IMG/VR virus record: IMGVR_UViG_3300045961_000282 | Location: 124,001-188,000 of that record | Length of the DNA: 64,000 nt | Direction: 5' to 3' (one strand) | Shown: positions 25,588-35,413 of the stretch, piece by piece | Layout of the letters: each line of letters opens with the position of its first letter | Position numbering within the stretch: the first letter of the stretch is position 1 | Made by a program: the position numbers and the translations under genes | The notes under the pieces: generated by a model | Database searches by the model: none | Told to the model about the DNA's origin: nothing | The model's input: the letters and a program-made list of their open reading frames with translations, nothing else

Positions 25588-27432
25588 TTACCGCCTGCCC
25601 TTGTACGGAGAACGTTTTCCGAGGTTCGCTGCCCCTAGTGGCGGCAACCGATAGGCAGACATTGAGCGGGCACGCAGATTAGAATTGACGGCAAATGAAG
25701 CGCCCTTGACCTTGGTGGTGAGGGCCAGCGACGCCCAGACCATCGCGTCGAGACGTCCCGGAGATACCTTGGATTCCGCGGGGACCCATGAGGTGATCTC
25801 GGATTCCAACAGCGGGTGGTAGTTCAGCATATGCAGGCGGCCCTGCTCAGCAAGGGCCGCCACCGGCTCGGCGCGGGTTGCCTTGCCTGCTCGGGCGTGC
25901 ACGATGTAGACCGGCACGTTGGCATTCACCTGTCCGATGGCCATGCGGACCAGTTCGCCGCCCTGATTCCCCTCGGCCACCACTGGGCCGCCCCACTTGA
26001 TCGCCATGTCCACGACCCGCTTGGCCCAGACCGCCGGGCTGCCCAGCACGGTCGCATCCTCCACGACGTAGAGTTGGCGGCGGTAGAAGTCCCGCTCGGC
26101 GGTTCCCTTCACCACCACGATGCCCGCCTCGTCCTTGGGGCGCTCAGCAACACTGGGATCGACCCCGATCACCGTGTGCATCTTGATCCCGCCCGGCAGT
26201 TCGGTCACCCGTGCCGCATCGAGGTCGGACTGCATGAACAGCGCGCCCTCGATGTCGTGCAGCATCTCGCCCATCAGTTCCTGCTGGCCGATCCGGGTCC
26301 CTTCGTACAGGCCGAGGATCGTGGCGCGGAAGGACTGCGCAAGGTTGGCGAGGTTGTCATATGTCGTTCCACGGGTGATGACGATGCCGAACTCAGGATT
26401 CTCGGATTCCTCCAGCAGTTGGAACATCGAGGGAACGCGTCGCGGCGTGGTCGTGGCAACCATACGCGGCATGTCGCCATCAACCGGAAGTCGTAGACCC
26501 AGCCGCAAGTTGGCGAACGCCGTCAGACCATCGGCGCCGGAGACCTGCGGGTAGGAAGCAAACTCGTCGCAGTTGTGAATCAAGACTCCGGCGGCATAGA
26601 ACTCCGGCGCTCCGTTGATCGTGAGGTCATAGACATTGGCTCGACCCGCCGGGCGCACGGAAGCAACAGGAAACAGGGTGGTGCTCGAGTCTGTGCTGAG
26701 GCGGACGTGAACCATATCCCCGGCCTCGAGGTCGGCGGCCTGAACCCACGTGTCCCGCCTCGATTCGCTCGCCACCAACACGAGGTGATCGGGGGTGCAG
26801 CGCAATGTCGTCGGCCCGGCCTCGATCTCCACCACCTCGCGGTCGGTTCCCGTGCGCTGTGCGCGCGCGACCGGCCAGAAGCCGGAACGGGTGAGCACTT
26901 TCATCCCCGGCTGGATCTGTTCGATGGGCAGCGGCCCCAGCGAGGTGAGTACCGGCTCCCCTTCGGCTACGCACCACGCGGTGTCGAACTGGGGACCACG
27001 CAACTGGTCCGGCTCGTCGGCGGAGAAGGCCAATGCATACGCGCCGTTCGGCCACGACACCCGGCGCTTGGATGGCTCCCAGACGGGTACCTCGCCGGGT
27101 CGGGAGGACTCGATGATCCCCGACGGGCCGTTGACCATGACATCGCGGACGTCAGCAGCGGTGCGGCCCAGCAGCGCGATTCGCCTGCCGTGGCCATCGC
27201 GGACCCGTTCATTGATCCACTCAGCGGCGGTTCTCGTTTTCCCCCAACCCCGCCCTGCCATCGCCAGCCAAAGCACCCAGTCTCCGGACGGAGGGGTCTG
27301 GGAGGGCCTCCTCCAGAAGGCCCAATCGTGTATCAGCGACTCGGCATCAACCCCTTCAAGGGTCGCCTCGCGCTCCTCAGGGGGAAGCAGGGCGATGCGT
27401 TGGGCCATCGAGAGTTCGTGGCCGTAGGTCAT
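25588..27432 (-). CDS. terL: terminase large subunit (intein-containing)
   Basis: Walker A AGRGWGKT; LRGPQF..W-[intein]-CDEFA Walker B; TTTP; nuclease GVDPS, DEAGIVV and DAMVWA; leaderless TATGGT promoter. Confidence 0.92.
   Translation of the reverse strand: MTYGHELSMAQRIALLPPEEREATLEGVDAESLIHDWAFWRRPSQTPPSGDWVLWLAMAGRGWGKTRTAAEWINERVRDGHGRRIALLGRTAADVRDVMVNGPSGIIESSRPGEVPVWEPSKRRVSWPNGAYALAFSADEPDQLRGPQFDTAWCVAEGEPVLTSLGPLPIEQIQPGMKVLTRSGFWPVARAQRTGTDREVVEIEAGPTTLRCTPDHLVLVASESRRDTWVQAADLEAGDMVHVRLSTDSSTTLFPVASVRPAGRANVYDLTINGAPEFYAAGVLIHNCDEFASYPQVSGADGLTAFANLRLGLRLPVDGDMPRMVATTTPRRVPSMFQLLEESENPEFGIVITRGTTYDNLANLAQSFRATILGLYEGTRIGQQELMGEMLHDIEGALFMQSDLDAARVTELPGGIKMHTVIGVDPSVAERPKDEAGIVVVKGTAERDFYRRQLYVVEDATVLGSPAVWAKRVVDMAIKWGGPVVAEGNQGGELVRMAIGQVNANVPVYIVHARAGKATRAEPVAALAEQGRLHMLNYHPLLESEITSWVPAESKVSPGRLDAMVWASLALTTKVKGASFAVNSNLRARSMSAYRLPPLGAANLGKRSPYKGRR
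26572..26973 (-). mobile_element. 134-aa mini-intein (no homing endonuclease)
   Basis: Starts CVAEG; block B CTPDH; ends VYDLT...IHN followed by Cys+1. Confidence 0.92.
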
Positions 27433-27504
27433 GGGGCGAACCATATCCCGCCGTCTCGGGTGTCAACCGCGGTTCATGCTCGATTCACGCGCGATGAATC
27501 CCGC

Positions 27505-28464
27505 TCACCAGTCCCGCACCGGCACCATCGCTCGCCCGATCAAGTAGGTCCCCGCCTCGGTGTGGATGTCGACGTACTCCTTGGGTTCGATGTCGGCGCT
27601 GGCATGGACGTAGTAGGCCGGGCGCACCTCGTTCGGGCGCTTGTTCGGCGCCGCCGCGCGGGCCACGGCGAGGTCGATGTCCCGCAGGTACATCCGCACC
27701 GGGTCGATCAGCACGCGGGTCAACGACTGGGTTGAGTTGTGCACCGCCGAGGACCGCCAGCCCAGTGAGGTCGCCACCTCGGCCAGTGCGTTGACGATCT
27801 CAGGGCGCCGGGAGCGGATCACGACGTGGCGGCGCAGGCCGCGGTTGAACACACCCTTGCCATCGAGCGCCCCGGCCATCAAGTCACGGCGCACCTCCAC
27901 AGGCGCCCGCCGGTACGCGAGCGCGACCGGCTCGGAGAAGGCGTCGATGCGATGCAGCCGCTCCAGCAGCCCATCGACGTAGAGGTAGGCGTGCTTGCCG
28001 TGGGCAGTGCGGCGGCGAACCTTCAGGCCGCGGGCCTCGATCATCTCGGCGGCCCGGTCGGCGAGATTGGCCGGAACCGACACCGCATCCTCGATGCCGG
28101 TGGTCCGCCACAAACCATACGTCCACGGATCGAGCGGCGGCCCGGCCTCGAGCCAGTCCTCGGGGATCTCCCCGATGAGCGCGATCCGCTCGGTCACCAC
28201 CGGGTCGCGGCGCTCGGCCTCGCCGGGCCACGCCTTCATCGACACCCACGCAGTTCCCAGCACGAGGTCGTGGTCGGTCGAGCAGCGGATCGGCGGGCCG
28301 GAGATCCGCAGTTCGGTGGCTCGGGGCGGGGTCTCGCGGGCTACGCGCGCGACCGGGGTCGGCTTGCCGGAGGAGTCATAGAGCAGGTCGCCGGGAGCCG
28401 CGCGCCACGCCTCGATCCATCCGGTCGGGGAGACCAGCGGGGTCTCGGGATGGATGCTCGGCAT
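27505..28464 (-). CDS. free-standing intein-like Hint + degenerate LAGLIDADG protein without exteins
   Basis: Block A SIHPETPLVSPTGW..GDLLYD..GKPT; block B STDH; LDPWTYGLW and RRDLMAGALDGKG; TYLIGRAMVP block F/G; own leaderless promoter. Confidence 0.75.
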   Translation of the reverse strand: MPSIHPETPLVSPTGWIEAWRAAPGDLLYDSSGKPTPVARVARETPPRATELRISGPPIRCSTDHDLVLGTAWVSMKAWPGEAERRDPVVTERIALIGEIPEDWLEAGPPLDPWTYGLWRTTGIEDAVSVPANLADRAAEMIEARGLKVRRRTAHGKHAYLYVDGLLERLHRIDAFSEPVALAYRRAPVEVRRDLMAGALDGKGVFNRGLRRHVVIRSRRPEIVNALAEVATSLGWRSSAVHNSTQSLTRVLIDPVRMYLRDIDLAVARAAAPNKRPNEVRPAYYVHASADIEPKEYVDIHTEAGTYLIGRAMVPVRDW

Positions 28465-28482
28465 GAGCGAACCATAGCAATG

Positions 28483-28641
28483 TCAGCCCAGCACGGCGTG
28501 GATGGTGTGCCTGTCTCCAACTGTCATTCGGCTGATCTTCACCACCTCGATGTCGCGGCGCGCGTTGAGGGACTCAAGGATGTCGCCCAGCGCGATCTCG
28601 GCCTGCGCCTCGGTCCCAGTGATGTCCACGTTGATCTGCAT
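28483..28641 (-). CDS. 52-aa hypothetical protein (not in the ORF track)
   Basis: Open frame MQINVDITG..HAVLG with GC3-rich codons. Confidence 0.45.
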   Translation of the reverse strand: MQINVDITGTEAQAEIALGDILESLNARRDIEVVKISRMTVGDRHTIHAVLG

Positions 28642-28743
28642 GAGGAAGGAGGCTACCTGCTCGTGTTGATTCTGTCAGCCCCCTTGTGCTATGCTTATTC
28701 CTGTGAGCGAGGGAAAGTCCCTCCCCAACGAAAGGAAACCCCC

Positions 28744-28923
28744 ATGCAGGTGAACGTCCCGGTCCCCTTCCCCGGCACTGCCGAGGAACGCGCCGCCAAC
28801 CGCGCGACCCACTTCTTCGGCGGGATCGACGGGCGGTGCTTCGACTGCGACAGCCGCCCCACTCACGTGGCCGCCGACTACCCGTGCTGTGTCGAGCCGC
28901 CACGGATGTGGATCACCCGCTGA
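28744..28923 (+). CDS. 59-aa Cys-containing peptide in a class-II leader cassette
   Basis: Promoter, leader, RBS and terminator; CFDCD. Confidence 0.6.
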   Translation: MQVNVPVPFPGTAEERAANRATHFFGGIDGRCFDCDSRPTHVAADYPCCVEPPRMWITR

Positions 28924-28998
28924 CCCGATAGAGAACCCCCTCGACCAGATACCGGTCGGGGGGGTTTTCTGTGCTCGCCTCCGTGAGCCGCCGCCAGC

Positions 28999-30042
28999 CT
29001 ACCGCCAGAACTCGGGCACGGAGTGGTCGTGGTCCGTGCGGCGACACCACGGCGACGCCTCGCGCCACTTGTGGGCGTAGGACAGCGGCTCGTCGGTGTA
29101 GTCGTCGTAGTCCATCCCTTGGTGCTCGCACCACGCTCGATGCGCCGCCCGCGTGCACTCGGGGCGGGTCCACTGGCCCAGCCCCCGCAGCAGCGCCCGC
29201 ACCTCACGTGCGCGCGACCGGTGGGCTGGGGTGAACGTGCACGCCTCGACCACCAGTTCGTGGTGCATCGACCCCGGGATGGGCCGGGTGTCGGATTCCT
29301 CCCAGTTATAGCAGTCCGGCGGCAGGGCGCCCTTGCGCCACATCGTCACCGCCGTCATCCGGCTCGGCCCCCACTCGTGGTGCAGCCGCATGAACAGGGC
29401 GTCCACCGCGTCGAACGTGTTGCGGTTGACCCACTTGTTCTCCTTGCGCGGGATGGTCATGCCCGCCCGCTCCTCGAGGATGTCCTCGGTCCAGCCCAGC
29501 GCCATCAGTGCGCGGACCTGCCACAGCGTCCACTCCGCCGGGAACCGCTTGGCGTCGCGAACCATAAGGGCCGGGTTGGACTTCACCTTCTCGACCGTCA
29601 GCAGCAGCGTGCGTTCCGTGCTGCGCGCGACGTTGACCCGGCCCGGCGTGAGCACGCGGTCCAGCGCCCGGCGCTCCATCCCGGAGATGGCCTCGATCTG
29701 GGTCCACCGCAGGCCCTGCCCCCGCAGCCACGTCAGGGCCTCGACCGACGTCGCTGCCGGAACCCGGTCGTAGTCGCTGGGTATCCCCGCCTTCAGGCGC
29801 GCCCGACGCGCTCGCCACGTTTCCGCGTGGGCGTCCTTGCAGGGGCGACAGCGGCAGCCAAGTGAGTAAGAACTCTGTGACGGTGCGCTACATGTAAAGT
29901 CTTCATCTGTGCTCAAAGTTCCCCAACCTACTTTCTCTGGTCTGAACTTGTGTACGCTATCGTTGCCGCTGTTCACAGTGAAACAGGAGGTCGGCCATGA
30001 GTTATCCATGCGAGGTCGAAGGTTGCCATCGGGGAGATGCAT
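28999..30042 (-). CDS. phage DNA-binding protein (GCRC..C zinc motif plus HTH-like segments); true start probably near 29.9 kb
   Basis: YSLGCRCRPCK, WTQIEAISG and QVRALMALGW pattern seen in actinophage proteins. Confidence 0.6.
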   Translation of the reverse strand: MHLPDGNLRPRMDNSWPTSCFTVNSGNDSVHKFRPEKVGWGTLSTDEDFTCSAPSQSSYSLGCRCRPCKDAHAETWRARRARLKAGIPSDYDRVPAATSVEALTWLRGQGLRWTQIEAISGMERRALDRVLTPGRVNVARSTERTLLLTVEKVKSNPALMVRDAKRFPAEWTLWQVRALMALGWTEDILEERAGMTIPRKENKWVNRNTFDAVDALFMRLHHEWGPSRMTAVTMWRKGALPPDCYNWEESDTRPIPGSMHHELVVEACTFTPAHRSRAREVRALLRGLGQWTRPECTRAAHRAWCEHQGMDYDDYTDEPLSYAHKWREASPWCRRTDHDHSVPEFWR

Positions 30043-30812
30043 CCCGCCTCAGGGGAACGGAGGGCCCCCGCTTGTGCACCACCCACAAGCGGCAAATCAA
30101 GACGCGGGGCGAGGTGTGGCTGGTGGAAAAGTGGGTGAAGCCGCCCACCTGCGAAGGACCGGAATGCGACCGGGAGCCGAGGTTGCGCATCAAGGAAAGC
30201 GGGATCTGGCTGTGCAACTCCCACCGAATGCAACTGGCGAACGGGAAGCCGCTGACTCCGATCGGATCGACAGTTCATCGCGCCCCTGCGCGACCGGAAC
30301 GCCTCGCCCGAGAGTCCGACAAGGATCTGGCCCTGCGGCAGATGGTGGTCACCCCCGAACTGATCGGGAGGTTCTGGAGCAAGGTGGACGTTCGGGGAAG
30401 GGATGAGTGCTGGGAATGGAAGGCGTCGTTGACGGCGAGCGGATATGGGCAGTTCAGCCTTCGCTTCAAAGGCAAGTCCGTTCCTGTACCCGCCCACCGC
30501 GTGGCCAGAAGGTTCACCGAGGACGTGTCGGGGAAATGGGTGCTCCACTCCTGCGACAACCCCCCGTGCGTGAATCCTCAACACCTGCGGGTGGGGACGT
30601 CGAGCGACAACAACTCGGACATGGTCAAACGTGATCGTCATGTCTACGGCTCACGCAATCCCGTGGCCAAGGTGTCCGAAGAGCAGGTCAGCGAGATCAA
30701 GGCGCGCATCCGTGCCGGAGAACAGTTCACGGTGATCGCCGAGGACTACCCGATCTCTGCAGCGGGAATCGGGCACATCGCCGCTGGTCGCTCGTGGCGC
30801 CACGTCGAGTGA
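29997..30812 (+). CDS. HNH homing-type endonuclease
   Basis: CEVEGC, RFWSKVD, VLHSCDNPPCVNPQHL..GT..DN, C-terminal HTH. Confidence 0.9.
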   Translation: MSYPCEVEGCHRGDASRLRGTEGPRLCTTHKRQIKTRGEVWLVEKWVKPPTCEGPECDREPRLRIKESGIWLCNSHRMQLANGKPLTPIGSTVHRAPARPERLARESDKDLALRQMVVTPELIGRFWSKVDVRGRDECWEWKASLTASGYGQFSLRFKGKSVPVPAHRVARRFTEDVSGKWVLHSCDNPPCVNPQHLRVGTSSDNNSDMVKRDRHVYGSRNPVAKVSEEQVSEIKARIRAGEQFTVIAEDYPISAAGIGHIAAGRSWRHVE

Positions 30813-30843
30813 CTGGGTTCCACACGCGGGCAACGGCGGCCTC

Positions 30844-31269
30844 CTACTGGGCGAAGGGCATGAAGTAGACCTCGATGAGTTCGTGCTCCAACAGGTGGAG
30901 GACCTGATCGAGAACCGAGAGCGTAGTGGACAGGTGAGCCCGGGCGCGCGACACGTCCATCGGGTTCGGGTTGCTTCCGTCGCGCATCAGCCGACCGATG
31001 GCGTCGTCGGCCTTGATCACCCGGATGCGCGCACGCGAGAAGGTGTCGGCGACGAACTGGGGATGGTGGCCCGCGGCGATCTCGAGGCTGTCGTCGCCCG
31101 CCTCCTCGAGTTTGGTCATCAGGGTCACCACCCCGGCCAGTCGGTACCCGGCGTCGGCGAGGATGCGCTCGTTGGCCAGCGCGGCGTAGGTGTCCAGATG
31201 CAGCAGGGCGCTGGTGATCCCCTCCACCGCCTCGCGGATCAACGGGAGGAGGATGCGGTTGTCGGTCAC
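30844..31269 (-). CDS. hypothetical helical protein
   Basis: Overlap chain of minus-strand ORFs. Confidence 0.6.
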   Translation of the reverse strand: MTDNRILLPLIREAVEGITSALLHLDTYAALANERILADAGYRLAGVVTLMTKLEEAGDDSLEIAAGHHPQFVADTFSRARIRVIKADDAIGRLMRDGSNPNPMDVSRARAHLSTTLSVLDQVLHLLEHELIEVYFMPFAQ

Positions 31270-31655
31270 CGCAGGGCAGTCCTCGGAAGTGCGTACACCT
31301 CGGATCCAGCGAGGAGCGTCCCGGCGTAGGCAACCGAGCGGGCGAGGATGTCGACCTCGTCGCGCAGCGATCCGACCGGGACGATGCGGTCGGTCAGGTG
31401 CCGATGCGCCATGTACGCGCGCGACCGGAGATCGGTGAGCAGCGAGGTCGGGTCGAACGGGCTGACCACGACCGCCCCGCCAAGGAGCACCACGACGTTC
31501 GACAGGGACTCATGGGCGATCTGTACCTGCTTGTGCGCTTCGGTCCAATCGGCCTCGTCACCGCGACGGGTGTAGGCGTTCAGCAGCGCTCCTGCCCCGC
31601 TCAGCCTGATCTCGGCGCGGGCCACCAGTTGCTCGATCTCGTCGCCGAGCCTCAT
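31266..31655 (-). CDS. hypothetical helical protein
   Basis: Overlap chain. Confidence 0.6.
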   Translation of the reverse strand: MRLGDEIEQLVARAEIRLSGAGALLNAYTRRGDEADWTEAHKQVQIAHESLSNVVVLLGGAVVVSPFDPTSLLTDLRSRAYMAHRHLTDRIVPVGSLRDEVDILARSVAYAGTLLAGSEVYALPRTALR

Positions 31656-32137
31656 CGCATCGGCCCCCAGACCTCGCGGACCGACCCGTCGGGCAACTCG
31701 ATGCGCTCGTGGGACATCCAGCGCACCGGGCAGCGCAGCGGGTAGTGCGGGATGGGGCGCCCCATGCTGTGCACGGCTCCTCGTGCGGTGTCGACGGAGA
31801 TCCACTCGGTGAACATCCCGTCGGGCATCAAGTGGACCTCGATCCGCTCGGCGGCGTGGATCGTGCCGTTCAGGTAGTGGCGCATGTCCCCGACGGTGAT
31901 CCTCCCGTGGATCACCGCGTCGATCTCGATCTTGGCCTGGGACAGGCCGAACCGGAAAAGCATCAGGTCGTTCGGGTAGCCGATGTAGGTCACACCCTGC
32001 GGATCACGCAGCACATCGAGGTCGTCGGCCAGTTGGACAAACTCCTCGTGGCGAGCCGGTCCGTTGGGCATCCGGAAGATCATGTCCATCCGCTCCAACA
32101 GCGGGACTGTGAAGTCCGCGGCGTTCAGCGCGCCCAT
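31652..32137 (-). CDS. hypothetical protein
   Basis: ATGA overlap; GC3 bias. Confidence 0.65.
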   Translation of the reverse strand: MGALNAADFTVPLLERMDMIFRMPNGPARHEEFVQLADDLDVLRDPQGVTYIGYPNDLMLFRFGLSQAKIEIDAVIHGRITVGDMRHYLNGTIHAAERIEVHLMPDGMFTEWISVDTARGAVHSMGRPIPHYPLRCPVRWMSHERIELPDGSVREVWGPMR

Positions 32138-32490
32138 ACGGGTCCCCCATCACTCAGCGTCGGGAACCGCGAATCCGGCGGCATGGCATGACCCTCGACC
32201 CGGCGCGCGAGGTTGAGGGCGGCTTGGACGAAGGTGAGCGCCCACACCCCGGTGGTGGGGTCGAAGCGGTTCTCGAGGATCGCGCGGATCTCCTCCTCGG
32301 CCCGGTACAGGTGCGCGCACATCTCCTCCAGCACCTCAGCCGGGGCGACGTAGTGCACCCGCCTCCCCTCGCGGACGCGCCGCAGGTCGTCGGCGATGGC
32401 GCGAAGTCGAACCGGGTCGTTGGGCAGGGTGTTCAGCGCCGCCTGCAGGTCGTCGGCCAGCGGCTCGATCTGCCGGTAGACGCTCGTCAT
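32125..32490 (-). CDS. hypothetical helical protein
   Basis: ATGA overlap with the upstream gene. Confidence 0.6.
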   Translation of the reverse strand: MTSVYRQIEPLADDLQAALNTLPNDPVRLRAIADDLRRVREGRRVHYVAPAEVLEEMCAHLYRAEEEIRAILENRFDPTTGVWALTFVQAALNLARRVEGHAMPPDSRFPTLSDGGPVWAR

Positions 32491-32870
32491 GCCCACTCCC
32501 GGCCCTTCTGGTCCACGGCGATGATCCAGTTCGTCCTCGGCAGGACATGGACCTCGATCTCGGTCGCGGCGGCGTACGCCTCGGTGAGGAAGTGCATCGC
32601 CCAGTGCTGGGCCTCCTCGACCTCAGTGCCGTTGCGGGCGGTCATCAGCAGGGAGATCTCTCTCTTGGTCCGATCGAGGTTGATCCGCAGGGTCCGCTCC
32701 CGACCGAGCGGCCCGACGTAGACGAAGGACGATCCCTGAGCCAGCCGGTAGAGGGTGTCAACAATGGCATACAGCGGAGTCTTATCGTTGTGGCACACCT
32801 TGAAGGCCGAGCGCAGGTCCTCGATGATCGGACCCACCATCGAGTCGGCAGTGGTAGTAGTGGTGATCAT
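32487..32870 (-). CDS. hypothetical protein (leaderless)
   Basis: TGC-TATGCT -10 element 6 nt before the ATG. Confidence 0.65.
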   Translation of the reverse strand: MITTTTTADSMVGPIIEDLRSAFKVCHNDKTPLYAIVDTLYRLAQGSSFVYVGPLGRERTLRINLDRTKREISLLMTARNGTEVEEAQHWAMHFLTEAYAAATEIEVHVLPRTNWIIAVDQKGREWA

Positions 32871-33500
32871 CCCCAAAGCATAGCAGGCCGGTCGCGCGCA
32901 CCCGGGGGGCTCGAATCCACGACCCGACATGACAGAGGCCCCGAACCGCTTGACACGGGTCGGGGCCTCTGAAAAGGTTTGGTCCGTCTACGACAACCTC
33001 TGGGTCCCATGGTAATCCCGAACCGTGGCGCACGTCAAGCGTATTGACGCCCTGAGCGCGATGATCTGGGGCAGACCGTGGATATGCAGAGAGACCCTCC
33101 TGCATACAGGGAGCCGGGGATAGCAAGGGACCTCCGTCTTTGATCGGGAGGCCCCCCTACGAAATAGGGGGAGAAGGCCGTCAGAGGGCTAGTCAAGTTG
33201 AGCGTCCACCCGAGCGGGTTTCAGGAGCACCATCCCGCCACAGGCACAGAGGTGGGCGCATTGTTATGGCCCCGCAGGGATGCGGGATCCCAGCAGACCG
33301 TGCTGGCAGGGAGTAATCGCCCTGTCTATGGGCGCACCCGAGAGGTGCGTGCGGAACATCCGCCCTTGAGAATCCTCAGTTGCCGTACCCAGTTCAACGA
33401 TTGCTAATCCGCGAACTGGGTCGGCTCCTTGAGGATCGACCAGAACCCGCAGATCAAGGCCTCCCATGGGTTCCACAGATACAGGGAACTGCGGGACCCG

Positions 33501-33737
33501 CTAGATCTGCAGGTGCTTCCTGATATTGCTTTCCGTAACAGCCTTCCCACTCATCTCAAGTTCCATCGCCGCCATCAGCACGGCTCGATCAAGTGGGTCC
33601 ATGGCGAGGAGCGCGTCCAAGGTTGGTCCTCCGCCCGCTTGAATGTCGGCTAGTAGCGCTCTGTTCCGCTCCTTGTTCGTCTCCATCCGAACCTCTCGGC
33701 TGGGTGGACGCTTGCGCTTCTTGCTCTTTGGACTCAC
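33501..33737 (-). CDS. hypothetical protein with a basic N-terminus
   Basis: 78-aa ORF with lower-GC codon usage. Confidence 0.45.
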   Translation of the reverse strand: MSPKSKKRKRPPSREVRMETNKERNRALLADIQAGGGPTLDALLAMDPLDRAVLMAAMELEMSGKAVTESNIRKHLQI

Positions 33738-33983
33738 GTGGAAATCTTATCAACCGACCCACCTCGCGTAGGGGCGCGCGACCGGAAAGCGATCGCTCGA
33801 GGTCCTCCGTCTTCACTGAACATCGGGATATGGTTCGCCCATGTCTTCTCCGCCGCGCCTGTCCATCCAGCGCCCCGGCCAGCAGCCGACCTACTGTGCT
33901 GGCTGCGGGAAGTGGCCAGCCGATCACAACGGCCCTGATGGCGCCCGCTACTGCGGCGACTGCCATAAGCGACTGTTCGGGTC

Positions 33984-34637
33984 CTAGGAGGAGAACAACT
34001 GCCCCTGCGCCACAGCCTCGCGGGCGGCGGCGTTGACCTGCTTGGCCAGTTTCCGCGCCTCAGCAGCCGTCAGGTGCAGCGGGCCGTTGGAGGTGTGCAC
34101 CAGAACCTCACCATCGACAGCAGCGGCGTGGAAGTGCGCCCGCCCCGGCAGCACCTCGAAGCAGGTGTCGGGGCCGTCGGGCACCACCACCCGCAGGCCG
34201 GTCGCGCGCAGGGCGGCGGCGATCTCCTCGGGGTCGCCGATCCAGTGCAGGAACAGCGAATCCACCAAGTCGTTGTAGACCGTCAGTCGGGCGGTGATGG
34301 AGTCGGCAGCAGCCTCCTCGGCGTGGGCCTCCATCCACTCCAGCGCCGCCTCATCGTCCTCGGGAAGGCGGTCCCAGAAGTCGTCGGTCTGCGGCATCGC
34401 ATCGGCGTCGCCCAAGAAGGCTCGGGAGTCCGTCTGCTCGTGCCACCAGATCGTCTTGAGGTCCTCGGGGAACTCGCCGTCGGCGCCGACCTGCCGGGCG
34501 ATCTCAGTCCATCCGCACGTCGCGCAGCACATCTCCCACGCGGCGGGCATGATCAGGTAGTCCCGAAGGGCCAGTTCCGCCAGCGCCGCGGCGAGACGCT
34601 CGCGGTCGTTCGCATGTTCGCGCGACCGGTTGCTCAT
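33984..34637 (-). CDS. hypothetical protein with a CCxxC motif (DUF6891-like)
   Basis: MCCATCG..WWHEQTD; leaderless TACCGT promoter. Confidence 0.6.
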   Translation of the reverse strand: MSNRSREHANDRERLAAALAELALRDYLIMPAAWEMCCATCGWTEIARQVGADGEFPEDLKTIWWHEQTDSRAFLGDADAMPQTDDFWDRLPEDDEAALEWMEAHAEEAAADSITARLTVYNDLVDSLFLHWIGDPEEIAAALRATGLRVVVPDGPDTCFEVLPGRAHFHAAAVDGEVLVHTSNGPLHLTAAEARKLAKQVNAAAREAVAQGQLFSS

Positions 34638-34754
34638 GGGCAGCACGGTAACCCAGCGTCGTGACCCAAGGGTTTGCTTTCTTGCAACCAGATTCCGTTG
34701 ACACGGGCGCGGCGAACTTGCAGTGCTGCACCAATTGGTCCAATCTGGTGTCCC

Positions 34755-35156
34755 ATGACGGTGACGGTTATGGTTGTTCAGCAGGATCTGACCCTCTGGC
34801 ACCTGCACAGTGCGTGCGCCGACCCGGACATCTCCGCCGACATATGGTTTGACGACGCCGACACCGCGCGCCGGATCTGTGGTCGCTGCCCCGTGCGCAA
34901 CGCCTGCCTGCAATATGCGATGGACGTCGAGGCTGACGGCGAACGGCTGCATGGAGTGTGGGGCGGATTGAGTCCCATCCAACGGCAGCGACTGCGCGAG
35001 AATCCCGAATCGCTGGATCGAATGCGCCGCGTGAGGTCCAAGACCCGGCTGCGCTCCCTGCCCTCACCGCGGATCAAAGCCGAGCAGCCACAACCGAAGC
35101 ACGAACTCCACCCCGTCCAACTGACCCTGATTGATTTGACTCAGCACACCGCCTAG
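34755..35156 (+). CDS. whiB: WhiB-family Fe-S transcription factor
   Basis: C...ARRICGRCPVRNACL.YA...GVWGG. Confidence 0.92.
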   Translation: MTVTVMVVQQDLTLWHLHSACADPDISADIWFDDADTARRICGRCPVRNACLQYAMDVEADGERLHGVWGGLSPIQRQRLRENPESLDRMRRVRSKTRLRSLPSPRIKAEQPQPKHELHPVQLTLIDLTQHTA

Positions 35157-35217
35157 CGTATAGTTGTTCCTGTGAGCGAGGGAAGGACCCTCGCCCGAAT
35201 GAAAGGGAACAACCACC

Positions 35218-35364
35218 ATGAGCAACAACAACCGCCGCCCGCAGGCCTCCAAGCGCAACCGCGACGAGGCCTACCACAAGGCCTACGACCTCTGGGCCGC
35301 CGAGCAGGCCTACCAGCAGATGCTGGAGGAGTGGGAGCAGGACCTGCTCTACACCGAGCACTGA
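35218..35364 (+). CDS. 48-aa peptide in a class-II leader cassette
   Basis: Promoter, leader, RBS and terminator (35373-35408). Confidence 0.6.
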   Translation: MSNNNRRPQASKRNRDEAYHKAYDLWAAEQAYQQMLEEWEQDLLYTEH

Positions 35365-35413
35365 GGCAAAAAGCGAACCCCCCGTACCGAACTGGTACGG
35401 GGGGTTCGTCGTC

